This document shows positions 62,139 through 64,000 of a DNA stretch of 64,000 nt, piece after piece. Source of the stretch: an uncultured Eubacteriales bacterium (GTDB lineage: Bacteria; Bacillota; Clostridia; Christensenellales; CAG-314); assembly GCA_948938605.1 (NCBI GenBank), contig CARAIG010000047.1, positions 982-64,981 on the forward strand, written 5' to 3'. Position 1 is the first letter of the stretch. Every line of letters begins with the position of its first letter. Under the pieces are notes generated by a model. The model saw only the letters and a list, made by a program, of their open reading frames with translations, was not told the origin of the DNA and ran no database searches. The position numbers and the translations under genes are program-made.

Positions 62139-63962
62139 CTAAGCATACGTCCATTTACCCGAGGCATTAAACGTCAACTTGACGCTTTGCGTAAGTTTCG
62201 AAACCGATGTGTTGTTGTTGTCAATAGTATAATCCGAACAAGCAACATTAATATTAGACAGCAAATAGTCCCGCGTTATTTGACGATAATTGTAAATCTG
62301 TCCGTTTTTTGTAAGCGCAACCGGCTTAAAGTTGTTGCTTTCAAACGCCGACGGAAAATAATTATAGTTGCGGTAAGAATTTTGGTGGAACAGCAAGTAG
62401 TCAATAACGGCAATTTTGTAGTACTCTTTACTTTCTATGGCGACGCCCGAAACCCGCCAAAAATAGTTGCCGTATTTTACTTCGTTAATAATTTCGCTTC
62501 CCTTTACCCTTGCCACATAAACGATGTTATCAAACGGTATTGCTTCGTAAAGTTCGGAATACGTTATTTCACCGCTATACAAACTGTTACGGGCAGTGTT
62601 GACCATGGCAAGCGCAATGTCGTCATATCCTTGGTTAATTGCATATTCCGCAATGGCTCGGCTGACAAGTCGGGCTATATCGGGGTTGCGATCCAAATAC
62701 GCATCCGTCTTGGCCACTATTTGATTGCGTTCGTCCTTGATTTGCGCGTTGGAATTGTCAATCATTTCGTCCACTACGTACAAATTAGGCCAAGAATTTT
62801 GACGGTAAATATTTTCGTTTGCGTTGTATGTGATATTGCCGTTTGCGTCCACCGTAAGTTTGACGTGCGAAACGTTTGTGCCGTAACTGCCCCCTTGAAT
62901 AAAGGGGATTCCGTCCACGATGTAATTTTGCTGACGGTGAGTGTGTGCGCAAAAAACGGCATCGACATATTGGGATAACCCTGCCGATGACGACGGGCAT
63001 TCGTTGTTTTCCTGTTCGCCAACTAACGCTTGCGGACCGACGTGCGCGCTGACGACTACAACGTCGCAGTCTTTTTCATCGCGCAATTCCTGCGCCAATT
63101 CCTTAATAATGGGCAACGGTTCCTTAAAACCGATTGTCTGCACAAGATTGGACGAAATAGACGTAATTTGGTCCGATCCTATTACTCCTATAATACCCAC
63201 TTTTAAACCGTTATTCAACGTCTTTACAACATACTTTTGAGCAAGTTCGTCGGCAAATGTGCCCCAAGTTTTTGTAGCCGCATCCCAATGGTAGATGTTT
63301 GCGCCTAAAAACGGAACGGAACTTTGGCTTGCCAAAGTTTGCAAATTGTCCAACCCCCAGTCAAACTCGTGGTTGCCAAACGTAAATGCGTCAAAGCCTA
63401 TTTGCGACATACAGCGCGAAAGCAAACTGCCGTAATTCCAGTTGGATTCCATCGAGCCTTGAAACATATCGCCCGAATTTAACAATACGGTGTCGGGGTT
63501 TTGGTTTACGCGTTCCTTTAAATATCCCCCCACCTGAGATATTACGTCGGTTGCGCCGTGAAAGTCGTTAATTGCGTACAAGTCGACGGTTCTTTCTTCC
63601 GACGTCAGCTTGTCGATAATTTGTGTGTCGAAAATTTTGCTGCATACGGAACATTGATAATTTCTAATGCCCGTTGACGTTATTGTAGGGGAAACGGCAA
63701 CAACCCACTTTTTACTGTGGACGTCTTCCTGAACGGTTTGCTTACAATCCGAACACACCTTCCAATGTTTATTTTCGTCAAACTGCCAGTCGCCCGTTGT
63801 GTGCTTGTGCGTATCATCGGGAGGATTGACAGGCGGCTTATCGGACGGATTGTTAGGAGGATTGATAACGCCTGGGAAAATGCCGCAAGCAGACAACATA
63901 AAAACAGACATTGCCAATGCCAGCAACAATATAACGGCTGTAATTTTTTTAAAACTTTTCAT
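62139..63962 (-). CDS. Lipoprotein bifunctional metallophosphatase/5'-nucleotidase (UshA/YfkN-like) with an N-terminal Cys/His-rich module
   Basis: Lipobox LSAC. DLYAINDFHG, NSGDMFQGS and GNHEFD are calcineurin-like motifs, followed by a C-terminal 5'-nucleotidase domain. Confidence 0.85.
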   Translation of the reverse strand: MKSFKKITAVILLLALAMSVFMLSACGIFPGVINPPNNPSDKPPVNPPDDTHKHTTGDWQFDENKHWKVCSDCKQTVQEDVHSKKWVVAVSPTITSTGIRNYQCSVCSKIFDTQIIDKLTSEERTVDLYAINDFHGATDVISQVGGYLKERVNQNPDTVLLNSGDMFQGSMESNWNYGSLLSRCMSQIGFDAFTFGNHEFDWGLDNLQTLASQSSVPFLGANIYHWDAATKTWGTFADELAQKYVVKTLNNGLKVGIIGVIGSDQITSISSNLVQTIGFKEPLPIIKELAQELRDEKDCDVVVVSAHVGPQALVGEQENNECPSSSAGLSQYVDAVFCAHTHRQQNYIVDGIPFIQGGSYGTNVSHVKLTVDANGNITYNANENIYRQNSWPNLYVVDEMIDNSNAQIKDERNQIVAKTDAYLDRNPDIARLVSRAIAEYAINQGYDDIALAMVNTARNSLYSGEITYSELYEAIPFDNIVYVARVKGSEIINEVKYGNYFWRVSGVAIESKEYYKIAVIDYLLFHQNSYRNYNYFPSAFESNNFKPVALTKNGQIYNYRQITRDYLLSNINVACSDYTIDNNNTSVSKLTQSVKLTFNASGKWTYA

Positions 63963-64000
63963 TTCGTCCTCCGACGCAATTTACTTAAAATATTACTTTG

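Noticed and set aside
62136-62978. 280-aa plus-strand ORF.
   Set aside because: It is antisense to the well-supported 5'-nucleotidase gene. Its composition is odd (rich in R/V/I/F) and it has no motifs.
1-64000. Search for mobile-element hallmarks (transposase, integrase, phage genes), tRNA or rRNA genes, and defence systems (restriction-modification, CRISPR-Cas, toxin-antitoxin, retron/reverse transcriptase).
   Set aside because: I recognised none apart from the degenerate Fic fragment. RecD2 here is the housekeeping YrrC-type next to secA and metK, not part of a defence operon. This is a by-eye survey, so small RNAs could have been missed.

Overview
A 64-kb chromosomal segment that looks like a Firmicutes/Clostridia-type, gut-like bacterium using the standard genetic code. 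The evidence is AGGAGG-type ribosome-binding sites (RBS), extended -10 promoters of the form TGnTAnAAT, lipoproteins with VAC/SAC lipoboxes, and many Listeria-Bacteroides (Flg_new) repeat surface proteins. I count about 48 protein genes, mostly on the minus strand. I saw no rRNA, tRNA, CRISPR array, transposase or integrase. Housekeeping genes: secA (5' part, missing from the ORF track because it runs off the left edge), recD2, metK behind a SAM-I riboswitch, trkA-trkH, archaeal-type aspS, tadA, dut, two tandem nrnA paralogues plus surE, an acyl-CoA ligase and an Sfp-type phosphopantetheinyl transferase (PPTase). Accessory and surface genes: an M6 metalloprotease lipoprotein interrupted by an in-frame TAA, a 1389-aa membrane-anchored M60/enhancin-like peptidase, DUF6273, Big_2 and BspA-LRR lipoproteins, an ECF sigma factor with a co-transcribed beta-propeller protein, a hybrid histidine kinase and a degenerate Fic remnant. 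Three things deserve most attention. First, at 47-64 kb a staphylococcal-nuclease (SNase)-type lipoprotein sits inside a CUT1-type ABC importer operon, next to a 5'-nucleotidase lipoprotein, two paralogous lipoproteins and the cytoplasmic nrnA-nrnA-surE operon; I read this as a candidate extracellular nucleic-acid harvesting system. Second, two colinear palindromic repeat islands lie between a stop codon and the first terminator (14.6-15.3 kb and 22.75-23.18 kb), each ending in a ~125-nt three-tier hairpin whose two intact copies differ by compensatory changes. Third, an ~80-nt CACTGT element family sits against the promoters of two regulator genes. Also notable is a promoter-hairpin-terminator leader upstream of the LRR lipoprotein gene. 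All calls come from reading the sequence and from remembered family signatures; no database search was run.
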